Of a stretch of DNA of 64,000 nucleotides, positions 39,824 through 50,092 are shown piece after piece. The notes beneath the pieces were generated by a model. The model had not been told where the DNA came from and made no database searches. It worked only from the letters and a program-made list of their open reading frames with translations. Positions within the stretch are counted from its first letter, which is position 1. Each line of letters opens with the position of its first letter. The position numbers and the translations under genes are program-made. This DNA is from Candidatus Berkelbacteria bacterium. GTDB lineage: Bacteria; Patescibacteriota; UBA1384; XYA2-FULL-43-10; 1-14-0-10-43-13. Location of the stretch: NCBI GenBank assembly GCA_026397135.1, contig JAPLVL010000001.1, forward strand, positions 12,753 to 76,752. The letters are read 5' to 3'.

Positions 39824-40729
39824 CTATTTGAGATTCATTCCTCGAAGGATTTTTATTCGCTCACTAAGCGGCGGATGAGTCGAGAATAGCTTGAGCCAAA
39901 AAGATTGATTCTCTTCGTCTTCACCATTTCCTAGTGGACTGGCGATGAAAAGGTGAGCAGTAGCAGTGCTTACATGCTCGAGAGGTTGCTTTACCTTTGC
40001 AATTTTGGAAAGAGCACTGGCCAGACCATCAGGATAACGGGTCAGAAGCGCACCATCAGCATCAGCCAGAAATTCCCGTTTTCGCGAAACGGCAAGTTGA
40101 ATAATAACTGCAACAATAGGAGATAGCACCGCCGCCAAAATCCCGATCAGCACAATAACACCGCCGCCCTCGCTATCACGCCGGCGCCCCAAGCCGAGCC
40201 ACTGCGAACGGATAAACAGGTCTGAGAGAAGCGCGATCACACTAACCAAAATAGCAATTATCATCGACAATCTAATGTCGTAATTGCCAATATGCGACAT
40301 CTCATGCGCAACCACACCTTCAAGTTCAGATTTGTCCATCATTTGCAAAAGACCATTCGTTACTGCAATCGAAGCATGATCAGGATCACGCCCGGTCGCA
40401 AAAGCATTTGGCGAAGAATCAGGGATTATATAAACTTTTGGCATCGGCAGTCCAGCAGTAATTGTGAGATTTTCGACGACATTCCAAAGAACTGGTGAAT
40501 CCTTTTTCTCGATTTGTTCTGCTCCAGACATCGAGAGAACAATCGAATCACCAAGATAATAGCTAGAATAAGCTTGAACCAGAGCGATCAAGACAGCTAT
40601 TACCAAAATCACAGGGGAGTTGTAAACATAAGAAAAAAGCCAACCAATTGCTATCACAAAGACAATAAAGGCGGTCACAAAAAGTGCACTCATCCGTTTG
40701 TTTTTGTCAACTTCTTTCCAGAGATTCAT
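39824..40729 (-). CDS. htpX: Zinc metalloprotease HtpX (M48)
   Basis: PNAFATG, AHEMSH, SRKREFLAD, STHPP. Confidence 0.95.
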   Translation of the reverse strand: MNLWKEVDKNKRMSALFVTAFIVFVIAIGWLFSYVYNSPVILVIAVLIALVQAYSSYYLGDSIVLSMSGAEQIEKKDSPVLWNVVENLTITAGLPMPKVYIIPDSSPNAFATGRDPDHASIAVTNGLLQMMDKSELEGVVAHEMSHIGNYDIRLSMIIAILVSVIALLSDLFIRSQWLGLGRRRDSEGGGVIVLIGILAAVLSPIVAVIIQLAVSRKREFLADADGALLTRYPDGLASALSKIAKVKQPLEHVSTATAHLFIASPLGNGEDEENQSFWLKLFSTHPPLSERIKILRGMNLK

Positions 40730-40748
40730 AATGAATGATTAGAGAGAT

Positions 40749-41126
40749 TTATACGGCCAGGAAACCGAGTAGTGGCAAGGGGCGACTTTTGCCGGTAGAA
40801 ACATTGACGATACCGACAACAAGGCAAAAGACCAGATACAAACCGACTAGCCAAGGCAAGAGTGGCAGATAAAATGAAAAGATAAAGATAATCCAAACAC
40901 CTGACAAAACAATTCCCTGGCGAACATGATACCAGACAAAATCGTTCTTAAACATTTTGAAAATAAGCGGAATGAGGAAGAGAACTGGCAGGTAAGCCAA
41001 GATCGACAGAATCATCTCCCAGTTGCAGCTAGAACAGACTGTTTTGACCTTCGACAATTTAAATTTGGAAAAATCTATTTTGACTTTGGGAAATTTAATT
41101 TTGGGTAGTTGAATTTTTGAGGTCAT
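40749..41126 (-). CDS. Small membrane protein (DUF4870-like)
   Basis: ILAYL...FVWYHVRQG...GIVNV...PLPLLG; AGGAG RBS. Confidence 0.75.
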   Translation of the reverse strand: MTSKIQLPKIKFPKVKIDFSKFKLSKVKTVCSSCNWEMILSILAYLPVLFLIPLIFKMFKNDFVWYHVRQGIVLSGVWIIFIFSFYLPLLPWLVGLYLVFCLVVGIVNVSTGKSRPLPLLGFLAV

Positions 41127-41133
41127 ATACTCC

Positions 41134-41691
41134 TTATTTATTAAAATCAACTTTTACCGCCTGCTTCTCTGCGGCATCGTCCAATTCGAAAAGATCTCTC
41201 TTTTTGAAGCCAAACCAACCTGCCAAAACGCTGGTTGGGAAAGTCATGATGGCAATATTGAGATCGCGTACATTGGCATTATAAAATCGTCTCGAAGCCT
41301 GAATTTTGTCCTCAGTGTCTGTCAAATCACTCTGCAACTGAGCAAAATTTTCGTTTGCCTTTAGTTCAGGATAAGCCTCAGCAATCGCGAAAACAGATTT
41401 GAGCGCTCCCTCCAATTGATTTTCGGCCTTTGCCTTGTCAGGAATCGACTTGGCAGAAATTGAATCAGCTCGAGCCTCCGTCACCATCTCGAAGGTGCTT
41501 TTCTCATGTTTGGCATAACCCTTTACTGTCTCTACCAAATTTGGGATCAGATCATATCGTCTCTTTAATTGAACATCGATATCGCTCCAAGCTTCATCTG
41601 TTCGAACATTCAAACGAACCAAGCTGTTGTAAATTGCGATTCCAATCAGAACCAAGACTACGACTATGATCAAAATAGTCCAGACTATCAT
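41134..41691 (-). CDS. lemA: LemA family protein
   Basis: YNSLV, AWSDIDVQLKRRYDLIPNLV, AEAYPELKA, RRFYN. Confidence 0.96.
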   Translation of the reverse strand: MIVWTILIIVVVLVLIGIAIYNSLVRLNVRTDEAWSDIDVQLKRRYDLIPNLVETVKGYAKHEKSTFEMVTEARADSISAKSIPDKAKAENQLEGALKSVFAIAEAYPELKANENFAQLQSDLTDTEDKIQASRRFYNANVRDLNIAIMTFPTSVLAGWFGFKKRDLFELDDAAEKQAVKVDFNK

Positions 41692-41732
41692 TTTTCTCCT
41701 TTTGTTACATATTTAATCATATTGGGAATATA

Positions 41733-43967
41733 CTACTTGTCCGACAGATAGTAAATAGTCGGAGTGGATCCAGGGCTGGCCAAATCAGGCGACTCGAGCC
41801 GCGCAGAAAGGGTAAATCCGTGTCCATCCGATTTATAACCGTACGACCAGCCAGCAGCGTCTTTTGGATCCTTGGGTAAGGCCGCCAAATAGGTCGGTAC
41901 CAAAGCTTGTTCTACCACATTCGCAGCTGTGTTTAATTTAATTTCTGTAGCCGCCAGCGGATAGGATGAATTGGCTTTCATGTATTTTACAAAGGCAGCT
42001 TTGACCGCAGATAGATCAATTCGGCGCTGGGCATCATTCTTGGCTGCCGTCTGTGCGGCCACCGAATCTGTACTTCCGGCCGCCACAACTACTGTCGGCT
42101 GGACAATCTTGGCCGGTTCAGCAAAGGTATTTTTGACACCGTAATCGGAAAAATTGAATTTTACTTCCATCTTTATAATCGGATAAGAGGCAGCCATATC
42201 CATTGTAAAATCAACCTGCTTGATCAAATGATCTTTGACTCCGAGCCAGATATCGCCGGTGATATTCTGAACCATGTCTCCTTCGATTCCAAATGACTTC
42301 AGGGAATCACCAATATCTATGCTGTCAAACTGATAATGATAGACCTGCTCACCATTTAGCTTTTCGGTCGCCACCCTTGCTCCATTCACAGAAAGACCGG
42401 ATTTGTCAGCATTTTCAGCGAAGAAAACACTGCTTCCTAATTTCGTCGGCAGAGTGTACTCGAGCCAACTATCATTTGTTTGATTGGAAGCAAAGGTAAC
42501 GTTACTGCTATTAACCCAGAGTTTATCGAGAGATTGGCGAATCTCAAGTGCCTTTTGATTTTCACCACTGAAATTTAAATTCACATCATTTCCATCAGTA
42601 CTCATGGCAGCTTTGACATCACAACTCAAAGCAAGATAATTCGAGGGTGAGGTTGTTGAGAAAATATCGCTACTCGTACTTCCTGTGCTGGCAGCAGTAG
42701 TACCAGTTGCAGTATTTGTTGTGGTGTTTGTGGTTGTAGCTGCTGCCAAGATAATCTTGGTTGGCGAAATCATAGAGGTTGTCGAGGTTGGATTTGCTTT
42801 CAGAATCGGAGCAACGATAGATGAGCCGGTCGTTTTGTCGACAGTCATCGCAATCGAACCGGTAATTTTGTAATCCGTTTGAGCTTTCATTGCTGAATAT
42901 GATTGCAACAAAGAAGTTCCGCCGTCAATTCCTAATCCTCCCCACAATTTCTGAAGTCCGTATTTGTCATAGATATTCTCGAGTCCGAGAGAAACTTTGC
43001 CATTTTCGGTCAAATATACAAGAGTTGAGATTGTCGCAAGTGGCAAGACAACTAGGACAAAAACAATTAAAAGGATAAACATAAGGCGTTTCTTGGGCTG
43101 AAGATTCTTCCATGATTCAAATATTTTCAAAGACTTCTTCGGTTTCTGATCGGGCGAGACAGGAGCAGCTGGGGCTGTCGGATTTGCAATAGGAGTTGGT
43201 GAAGCTAGGGGAGTAGCTAATACTGGAGTTTCGACTTTTGGTTCAACAGGGCTTATTGGCTTCGCGTCAGTCTTCTCTGTCTGATCCTCAGTCTTATCGT
43301 CTTTGATTGTTGTATCCTTGGGCACTTCCGTTGTCGGTGCGGGCGAAATCAAAGCGCCAACTCCCGACGGAGCAGCACTTTTTCCGAAAAGATCCCCTCC
43401 AAGTCCAGGAGTTGCCGTTGCTGCTGGTTGAGCAGTCGGATTTGCCGGCAATGATGGTGTTGCTGAAACATCTGGGCTCGCGGCCGGCGTTGGATCGTCA
43501 GCCATCGGAATATCAGCAATATTTGTATCAGGCATAGCGGCTGGAACATCAGAAGACAGGATTGGAGGTGGCGTCACTGGCACAATATTCGGCACATTAG
43601 AATCGGCTGGAGGATTCGGTGGCAAAGTCACAGGAGAAGCTGTAGCTGCCGAGTCATTCGCTGCAGTCGCATCGGGAGTCGGAGGCGTAGCCGGAGTTAA
43701 TGGCACGCCAGTTTGACCCGCATCATTGCTGTCTTCCACAGGTAGTTTGAATGGCTCAGGCGTTCCTGCATAGTGAACATCGCCCGCCAAATTGCCAATT
43801 ACCTTTGGCGCGGGATTTTCTCCCGGCACATCAAGCGGTTCATCCCAAGGACTACTTCCACCAGTTGAAGCTTGAGGTGGAGCTGGAACTGGAGTTGGTG
43901 TAGCTGCAGCCGGAGAAGCGGCAGGAACATTACTTTGATCTGCTAAATTATTTTGTGTGTCAGCCAT
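41733..43967 (-). CDS. Large Pro/Ala/Thr-rich membrane protein with a LolA/LppX-like middle and pilin-like C-terminal domain
   Basis: About 290-aa low-complexity N-terminus, one TM helix, EKLNGEQVYHY...GDIWLGVKDHLIKQ...FSDYG, then NDAQRRIDL...YP...YLAALPKDP...YGY. Confidence 0.75.
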   Translation of the reverse strand: MADTQNNLADQSNVPAASPAAATPTPVPAPPQASTGGSSPWDEPLDVPGENPAPKVIGNLAGDVHYAGTPEPFKLPVEDSNDAGQTGVPLTPATPPTPDATAANDSAATASPVTLPPNPPADSNVPNIVPVTPPPILSSDVPAAMPDTNIADIPMADDPTPAASPDVSATPSLPANPTAQPAATATPGLGGDLFGKSAAPSGVGALISPAPTTEVPKDTTIKDDKTEDQTEKTDAKPISPVEPKVETPVLATPLASPTPIANPTAPAAPVSPDQKPKKSLKIFESWKNLQPKKRLMFILLIVFVLVVLPLATISTLVYLTENGKVSLGLENIYDKYGLQKLWGGLGIDGGTSLLQSYSAMKAQTDYKITGSIAMTVDKTTGSSIVAPILKANPTSTTSMISPTKIILAAATTTNTTTNTATGTTAASTGSTSSDIFSTTSPSNYLALSCDVKAAMSTDGNDVNLNFSGENQKALEIRQSLDKLWVNSSNVTFASNQTNDSWLEYTLPTKLGSSVFFAENADKSGLSVNGARVATEKLNGEQVYHYQFDSIDIGDSLKSFGIEGDMVQNITGDIWLGVKDHLIKQVDFTMDMAASYPIIKMEVKFNFSDYGVKNTFAEPAKIVQPTVVVAAGSTDSVAAQTAAKNDAQRRIDLSAVKAAFVKYMKANSSYPLAATEIKLNTAANVVEQALVPTYLAALPKDPKDAAGWSYGYKSDGHGFTLSARLESPDLASPGSTPTIYYLSDK

Positions 43968-44004
43968 AATCCCTCCTTAGGAATAGGTCTAAATATATTT
44001 GTTT

Positions 44005-45234
44005 TTATTTGCCGGTTTCGAGAAAGTTAATAGCACGATTAAGTTGCGCATCAACTTTTGAATTATCATCATTTTTGATCACAACATCTGGCGTATTTCC
44101 CGTGCCAGAGATTCCTCGGCCATTCGGCGTGTACCAGTTTGCTACCGTCACCTTGATCGCCGATCCACCAGCGAGATCAATTAGTTCCTGGACACAACCT
44201 TTGCCGAATGTTTGTTCACCGATCAGAGTCGCAGCTTTGTGATCTTGGAGAGCTCCTGAAAATATTTCCGAAGCCGAGGCAGAACCGCCATTGACCAGAA
44301 TCGTAGTTTTGTAGTTTTTCAAAGTTGCAGAATGAACAGTACTGTAGTCTTTGTTGATATCCTTTCCCTTTTCGCTCACTACGACACCATCGACAAAGTA
44401 GCTCGAAAGATCAACTGCTGTCTCTAGATACCCCCCTGGATTATCACGCAGGTCAATAATAATGCCATCCGGCTTATCTTTCGCAACCTGATCAGCGAAA
44501 TCCGAAAAGAGGGAAGACGTATCGTCGCCAAATTGGCGAACCTTGACATAATCGTATTTCTTGCCATTATCGGTCTTCGTTTCCCATTCCACACTCTTCA
44601 CTACTATTGTATCACGTACCACTGAAATTTCCAGCGGTTTGTCGCTCCCCTCTCGCGAAATTTGCAATTTGACAGTAGTACCCTTGTCCCCACGAATATT
44701 GTCAATAATTTCATTGAAACCCATCTCTGAGGTCTTCTTGCCATCGACTTGCAAGATAATATCGCCCGCCTTGATACCGGCTGTTTCAGCAGGAGTCTTG
44801 GACAATGGCGCTACTACCGTCGGATAACCGCTTTTTTCGACAAGTTCAACTCCGATCCCGACAAACTGACCACCAATATCTTCTTTGAATCGTTTGTTGT
44901 CCTCAGGAGTGAAAAAGACAGTGTATGGATCATTTATCGAATTCATCATGCCAGAGATGGCACCATAAAGCATTTTTTGATTGTCAGTAGCGGCAACTGA
45001 TTTTTCTTTCAGTTTATTCCAAGCATCCCAAAAGAGAGAGAAATCGACACTGGCTGGCTTGCCGACTTCTGTATTGACTATATTCGCCTGTTTTGTAAAA
45101 CCAATTACCGGTGTCCCCTTTTGGCCATTTGAATAACCATATGCGAACGAACCATAAAGCATTGCGGCCAAAACAACAAAAACACAAAGAGCCTTAATCC
45201 AGTTTTTCTTCAATTTCTTCATCAAATTTCCCAT
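44005..45234 (-). CDS. ctpA: C-terminal processing protease (S41A, PDZ)
   Basis: DPYTVF, IDLRDNPGGYL, SASASEIFSGAL, TFGKG. Confidence 0.94.
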   Translation of the reverse strand: MGNLMKKLKKNWIKALCVFVVLAAMLYGSFAYGYSNGQKGTPVIGFTKQANIVNTEVGKPASVDFSLFWDAWNKLKEKSVAATDNQKMLYGAISGMMNSINDPYTVFFTPEDNKRFKEDIGGQFVGIGVELVEKSGYPTVVAPLSKTPAETAGIKAGDIILQVDGKKTSEMGFNEIIDNIRGDKGTTVKLQISREGSDKPLEISVVRDTIVVKSVEWETKTDNGKKYDYVKVRQFGDDTSSLFSDFADQVAKDKPDGIIIDLRDNPGGYLETAVDLSSYFVDGVVVSEKGKDINKDYSTVHSATLKNYKTTILVNGGSASASEIFSGALQDHKAATLIGEQTFGKGCVQELIDLAGGSAIKVTVANWYTPNGRGISGTGNTPDVVIKNDDNSKVDAQLNRAINFLETGK

Positions 45235-45287
45235 TTAATATTTACCACTCAACTTGTTTGCCCTGCCCAAGTTCAAGGCGAGGCGAG

Positions 45288-45321
45288 CTTGCTCACCTGC
45301 TCACTTGCTTACCTGTAAACT
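45288..45321. repeat. 8-mer array after a stop codon
   Basis: CTTGCTCA CCTGCTCA CTTGCTTA CCTGTAAA; same unit as 58751-58782. Confidence 0.75.
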
Positions 45322-45323
45322 AT

Positions 45324-46574
45324 CTAATTCGATCTAATAATTCTCATCGCCTGAACCCAGCTCTTATTATAACCACGGTTGGTTCCGAGCGGATCTTGCA
45401 TCACATATTTACCATTACTCAGTTTATCGGTCACGACCACAAAATGTGAGACACCATAGGAATTACCCATATCAACTCCATTAAGCGAAACACCCAAGAC
45501 GACCGGATGGCCACTTGCCAGCTCGCTATCAACTACATTCCAATCAATTCGTCTCGATCCACTATCATTCACTATCGAAGTACTGATAAGCGCTCCATCA
45601 CTCGAACCCCAAGTGTGAACAAAGCTGGAATTATCAGCCGCTGTCGCTGGAGTATAGTGAGCGCCATAATAATCAGCAATCATAGTTAGTGAAGTTAGCA
45701 AACATCCATATGATCCGATTGTGGCATAATAGCCCATCTTGTAGTCGCTCCAGGGCTGACCGCCACCATATCCTTGCTGATAATACCATGATTCAGGAAC
45801 ACCAGAAACCAGGTCACCCGCGGTTCCAACAGAAGCCTTCTGAATTTTCGTAATTCTTGATGACAGATCAGAAATAAGTGCATCGGCCTTGGCCTGTTCT
45901 GACTGCAGATCAGTAACCGCGCTTGCTGTATCAGTCAGGAGCCGGTCTTTCATAGTTTTTCGACTTTGCAAATAATTCTTTTGATCAACCTGCGAGTTTT
46001 TCAGGTCCGACAGTTCAGTTAGTTTCTGATCCATTTGACTTTTCTGAGTCGCCAAATCAGTCTTGAGTGTATTGATTTTATCGATTTCCACTTCGACTTG
46101 CTGACGGACGGAATCAAAATATTGTTCCTTTGTAATCGCCTCTGAAATATTATCCGAACCCAAGACAAGCTGCAAGAGACCACTTTCACCCTCAGTGTAC
46201 CACGAGGCAATAATCTTGCTCATGAGCGCCTGTTCGGCGTCGATATCAGCTTGTGCTTTGTCGATCTGAGTTTGCAAATCGGCAACATTCTGCGTCGTTT
46301 TGGTGATTTCACTATCAGTTGAAGATATTGCACTCGTAGTGGTATTGATTTGCCCAGCAACATAATCAATCTGTTGTTTCAAATCATTGATTTGCTGCTG
46401 TTTGGCTGTAATTGCTTGAGTATTTTGCTTTTTCTGGTTCATCAAAACTTTCAACTGGTTTTGCAAATCGGTCAAAGTATCGGCGTATGTCAAATCGAGC
46501 GGAGCCAATACTATTACAAACACCGCCAAAAATATGGCCAACCGCATACAAAATTTTGAAAATTTGTTTTTCAT
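45324..46574 (-). CDS. Secreted PcsB/CwlO-like coiled-coil protein with C-terminal C39-like cysteine peptidase
   Basis: Signal peptide, long coiled coil, YYQQ...YGCLLTSL...SHFVVV...QDP; directly after ftsX. Confidence 0.8.
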   Translation of the reverse strand: MKNKFSKFCMRLAIFLAVFVIVLAPLDLTYADTLTDLQNQLKVLMNQKKQNTQAITAKQQQINDLKQQIDYVAGQINTTTSAISSTDSEITKTTQNVADLQTQIDKAQADIDAEQALMSKIIASWYTEGESGLLQLVLGSDNISEAITKEQYFDSVRQQVEVEIDKINTLKTDLATQKSQMDQKLTELSDLKNSQVDQKNYLQSRKTMKDRLLTDTASAVTDLQSEQAKADALISDLSSRITKIQKASVGTAGDLVSGVPESWYYQQGYGGGQPWSDYKMGYYATIGSYGCLLTSLTMIADYYGAHYTPATAADNSSFVHTWGSSDGALISTSIVNDSGSRRIDWNVVDSELASGHPVVLGVSLNGVDMGNSYGVSHFVVVTDKLSNGKYVMQDPLGTNRGYNKSWVQAMRIIRSN

Positions 46575-47482
46575 CTAAGATACTTTTTGACAGCAAAAAG
46601 TGAGCAGACTGTCCCGAGAATCGAACCTGCAATCACCTGAGCAAAAATCAGATACCAAAATTTCAGGCCTGAGAAGAGAGAAAGCGCTCCTCCAACTCCC
46701 AAATAATTTACTACTGTTGGAAAGGTTAATCGAAATGCCAGATAGAGCAAGACTGAACCGCCAATCGCAGCAATCAGCCCATAGGCAACGCCCTCGATGA
46801 AAAACGGTCCTTGGACATACCAATCCGAAGCACCAACAAGTCTCATGATTCCTATTTCGTCTTGTCTAGCATAAATTGTCAAGCGAATCGTGTTGTAAAT
46901 TATCAAAATTGAAATCAGCGTAAATAAAGCAGACAAAATCCAACCGATTTTTTTCACCAACGAAGTGATCGCAATCAGACGATCAATGATTATCTTGTTC
47001 TTAACATAACTGATTTCCCTGATCATTGGCTTATAGTCATCGCCGTTGACAAAATTGTAGATTGGCTCCAGATCCTCCGGACGATTTCCTTTGATTTCCA
47101 GACTGATTGGCAAGGGGTTGTAAGTTTCATTGATAATATCGCGGACTTTGTCATTGTTTTGATTTTGCGATCTCCAGCGTGCCAAAGCCTCGTCCTTAGA
47201 TACATATGTCACCTGTTTTACGTCGGAACGGCCAGCCAACTGATTTTGCATTGCATAAATTTGATCTTTTGATGCGTCATCGTTGAAAAAAACAGCAATA
47301 TCAACCTTGTCGTGCAGTGAGTCTGTCGCCTGATTTATCACCACCAGGAGACTACCAAAGAAGGAGATGGTGAAAAGTGTCAGTACCATGACCAAAATTG
47401 CGGCAAGCGAAAGCCAGCGGTTTCGCCAGAGCGAAATAACCGCCATCTTAAATATTCGATAAATTGAAGTAAAATAATTCAT
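46571..47482 (-). CDS. ftsX: Cell division permease FtsX
   Basis: LWRNRWLSLA, YVSKDEAL, NPLP, NTIRLTIYARQDEIGIMRLVGAS...PFFIEG. Confidence 0.95.
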   Translation of the reverse strand: MNYFTSIYRIFKMAVISLWRNRWLSLAAILVMVLTLFTISFFGSLLVVINQATDSLHDKVDIAVFFNDDASKDQIYAMQNQLAGRSDVKQVTYVSKDEALARWRSQNQNNDKVRDIINETYNPLPISLEIKGNRPEDLEPIYNFVNGDDYKPMIREISYVKNKIIIDRLIAITSLVKKIGWILSALFTLISILIIYNTIRLTIYARQDEIGIMRLVGASDWYVQGPFFIEGVAYGLIAAIGGSVLLYLAFRLTFPTVVNYLGVGGALSLFSGLKFWYLIFAQVIAGSILGTVCSLFAVKKYLR

Positions 47483-47505
47483 ACTATTTATTACTAGCCG
47501 CCTAC

Positions 47506-47554
47506 TTGCTTAATGCTTAATACTGAATCCTTAATCCTGAACCCTTAATCCTTA
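47506..47554. repeat. Heptamer array after the ftsE stop
   Basis: TTGCTTA ATGCTTA ATACTGA ATCCTTA ATCCTGA ACCCTTA ATCCTTA. Confidence 0.8.
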
Positions 47555-48322
47555 TAAAAGATATTTTCCCTTCGCCTGATCGGAAACAACTCGCCCCTCT
47601 CGCATCGTCACCACCCGTTTTTCTAGCGCATCAACTACTTCGCGGTCATGAGTTGCGAGAAGCACGATTGTGCCCTGCTTGTTGATTTTGAAAAGCAATT
47701 CGATAATTTCCCAGGTTGAGACAGGATCAAGATTTCCGGTCGGCTCATCAGCAATCAGAAGTTTTGGGTTGTGAACAAGCGCACGAGCTATCGAAACTCG
47801 CTGTTTTTCTCCACCCGACAACTCCTCAGACAAAGCATTCGTCCGATTGGTCAAACCAACCAGATCAATGATCTTTGGCACCTTTTCGTGAATTTCTTCG
47901 TTGCTGGAGTCAGAAACTTCGAGAGCGTAAGCAACATTTTCATAGACTGTTTTCTTGGCCAAGAGTCTAAATTCCTGAAAAATTATCCCCACCTTACGAC
48001 GATAAAATGGCAATTCTTTCTTCTGCAATTGCGAAATATCTCTGCCTGCAACCGACACTCTTCCACTCGTCGGTCTCTCCTCGCAAGTCAAAAGTTTGAT
48101 CAGCGTTGATTTGCCAGCACCGGACGGACCAACAAGTGAGATGAATTCCCCAATCTTGATTTTCAAATTGACTTCCACGACGGCCCGAATATCTCCTGGA
48201 TAAATTTTCGAAACATCATCAAACTGAATCACAATATCATCAGACTCTGCCGAGACTGTCTTCTCGGCTGGTTCTGCTGGTGATTTTTCCTTCTTCAATT
48301 TTTGTTTCAGGTCCAAATCCAT
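47552..48322 (-). CDS. ftsE: Cell division ATP-binding protein FtsE
   Basis: GPSGAGKST, LSGGEKQRV, ADEPTGNLDP, ATHD; adjacent to ftsX. Start uncertain (48322 or 48334). Confidence 0.95.
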   Translation of the reverse strand: MDLDLKQKLKKEKSPAEPAEKTVSAESDDIVIQFDDVSKIYPGDIRAVVEVNLKIKIGEFISLVGPSGAGKSTLIKLLTCEERPTSGRVSVAGRDISQLQKKELPFYRRKVGIIFQEFRLLAKKTVYENVAYALEVSDSSNEEIHEKVPKIIDLVGLTNRTNALSEELSGGEKQRVSIARALVHNPKLLIADEPTGNLDPVSTWEIIELLFKINKQGTIVLLATHDREVVDALEKRVVTMREGRVVSDQAKGKYLL

Positions 48323-48428
48323 AAGTTCCTTCATCGTCTTAACCACAGATAGCAAATCCTACGAATAACGCAAGTAGACGGGAATTCTCTCTTTCGTTTG
48401 ATTTGTATAATCTGTCCTTATCTCCATT

Positions 48429-50003
48429 TTACAACATCGCAACACTCAAATCTATCCCCGACATCTCGGCTGGTTTTTTGATTCCCATGTTTGCCAAAAT
48501 CGACGGTGCAACATCAGCCAAAACACCGATAGGGATACTGGTCGCATATTGCAAATAATAATCCTTTGAAATCACTTTGCCCGTTTCTGGCGCAAAAGGA
48601 TGTTTCTCGAAGTTAAGATAAACGAACGGTACGGGATTGGTAGTGTGCTCCTTGTCAACTTCACCTGTCTCATCGTTTATCATTGTCTCACAATTACCAT
48701 GATCAGCCGTCACAAATACTCGGTATTCCTGGGCTGCTGCGATTTTCAAGATTTCTCCGAGACAATTATCAACAGTCTCACAAGCTTTTATCGCTGCTGG
48801 TATAACTCCGGTATGTCCTACCATATCGCCGTTCGCGAAGTTAACAACTACAAAATCATACTTTTTATTCAGGGAATATATTACTTTGTCCCTGACTTCA
48901 AAGGCAGACATTTCAGGCAATTTGTCATAGGTAGGTACTTTCTTCGAGGGCACTATTTGGTCTTTCTCTCCATGAAGCACTTTCTCAGAACCAGCCTTGA
49001 AGAAGTAGGTCACATGAGCAAATTTCTCTGTCTCAGCAGTATGAAATTGCGTCCTTTTCGCTTTGGAAATCATCTCCGAAACCGTATTTGCCATATTGAT
49101 CGACGGAAACAATATTTTAGTCTTTTGCTCTTTCTGGTATTGCGTCATCGAGAGAAGCTGTAATTTGGTGGGTGGTTTCCACTTTCTCTGTCCACCCTCA
49201 AAGAGGGAGAGTAATTGTCTCATACGATCGCTTCTGTGGTTAAACAAAATTACCCCATCCCCTGATTCGATTTTGCCACCTTCCCCAATCACAGCCGGCT
49301 TAATAAACTCATCCGAAGTGTCATGTTTGTAGCTGTCCAAGATCGCCTCTTCCGCTTTCAGATAATGAGCACCGACATTATTAACGAAGAGATCAAAGGC
49401 CTGAGATTCACGATCCCAGTTTTTGTCACGATCCATCGCAAAATAACGCCCGACAATGGTTGCAATTCTTCCAAATTTGAAAAATTTAAAAGCTGATTCT
49501 AACTGACGGACAAATTCCAAAGCTTTGCTCGGAGCAGTGTCCCGCCCATCCGAGATGAAATGAACGATTACTTTTTTCAATCCTTTCATCTTGGCCATTT
49601 CCAAGAAAGCGACCAGGTGACGGAAATGAGAGTGAACACCACCGTCAGAGACGAGTCCAATCAGATGCAAGGTTTTGTCTTGTTTGATTAAATTATCATA
49701 CAGTGAGATTAAATCCTCGTTTTTGAAAAAATCCTGGCTACTGATCGATTGATCAATTCTTGGCAAATTCTCCCAAACGACTCGGCCAAGTCCAATGCTC
49801 ATATGGCCAACTTCAGAGTTTCCCGGCTCGCCCACGCTCAATCCGACTTCTATTCCAGAAGCCGATATCGAGGTCTTGGGGTATTCTTCGTAAATATAAT
49901 CAAGAGTCGGCGTCTTTGCCAAAAAAGGGGCATTCCCCTTCTCGGTTGGCGAAAGACCCCAGCCATCCATTATAACTAATAAAACTTTGCTTTTTGTTGC
50001 CAA
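48429..50003 (-). CDS. gpmI: 2,3-BPG-independent phosphoglycerate mutase
   Basis: MDGWG, GNSEVGH, SDGGVHSH, AETEKFAHVT, DMVGHTG, TADHGN; TTG start after GGAGG. Confidence 0.97.
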   Translation of the reverse strand: MATKSKVLLVIMDGWGLSPTEKGNAPFLAKTPTLDYIYEEYPKTSISASGIEVGLSVGEPGNSEVGHMSIGLGRVVWENLPRIDQSISSQDFFKNEDLISLYDNLIKQDKTLHLIGLVSDGGVHSHFRHLVAFLEMAKMKGLKKVIVHFISDGRDTAPSKALEFVRQLESAFKFFKFGRIATIVGRYFAMDRDKNWDRESQAFDLFVNNVGAHYLKAEEAILDSYKHDTSDEFIKPAVIGEGGKIESGDGVILFNHRSDRMRQLLSLFEGGQRKWKPPTKLQLLSMTQYQKEQKTKILFPSINMANTVSEMISKAKRTQFHTAETEKFAHVTYFFKAGSEKVLHGEKDQIVPSKKVPTYDKLPEMSAFEVRDKVIYSLNKKYDFVVVNFANGDMVGHTGVIPAAIKACETVDNCLGEILKIAAAQEYRVFVTADHGNCETMINDETGEVDKEHTTNPVPFVYLNFEKHPFAPETGKVISKDYYLQYATSIPIGVLADVAPSILANMGIKKPAEMSGIDLSVAML

Positions 50004-50092
50004 ATTTACCCTCCAAAATTGATATTAGCTCTATTATAATTCATTCCAGTAATTAGCTCAATCTACCAGCAAACAGATCCACCCAAAACAAA

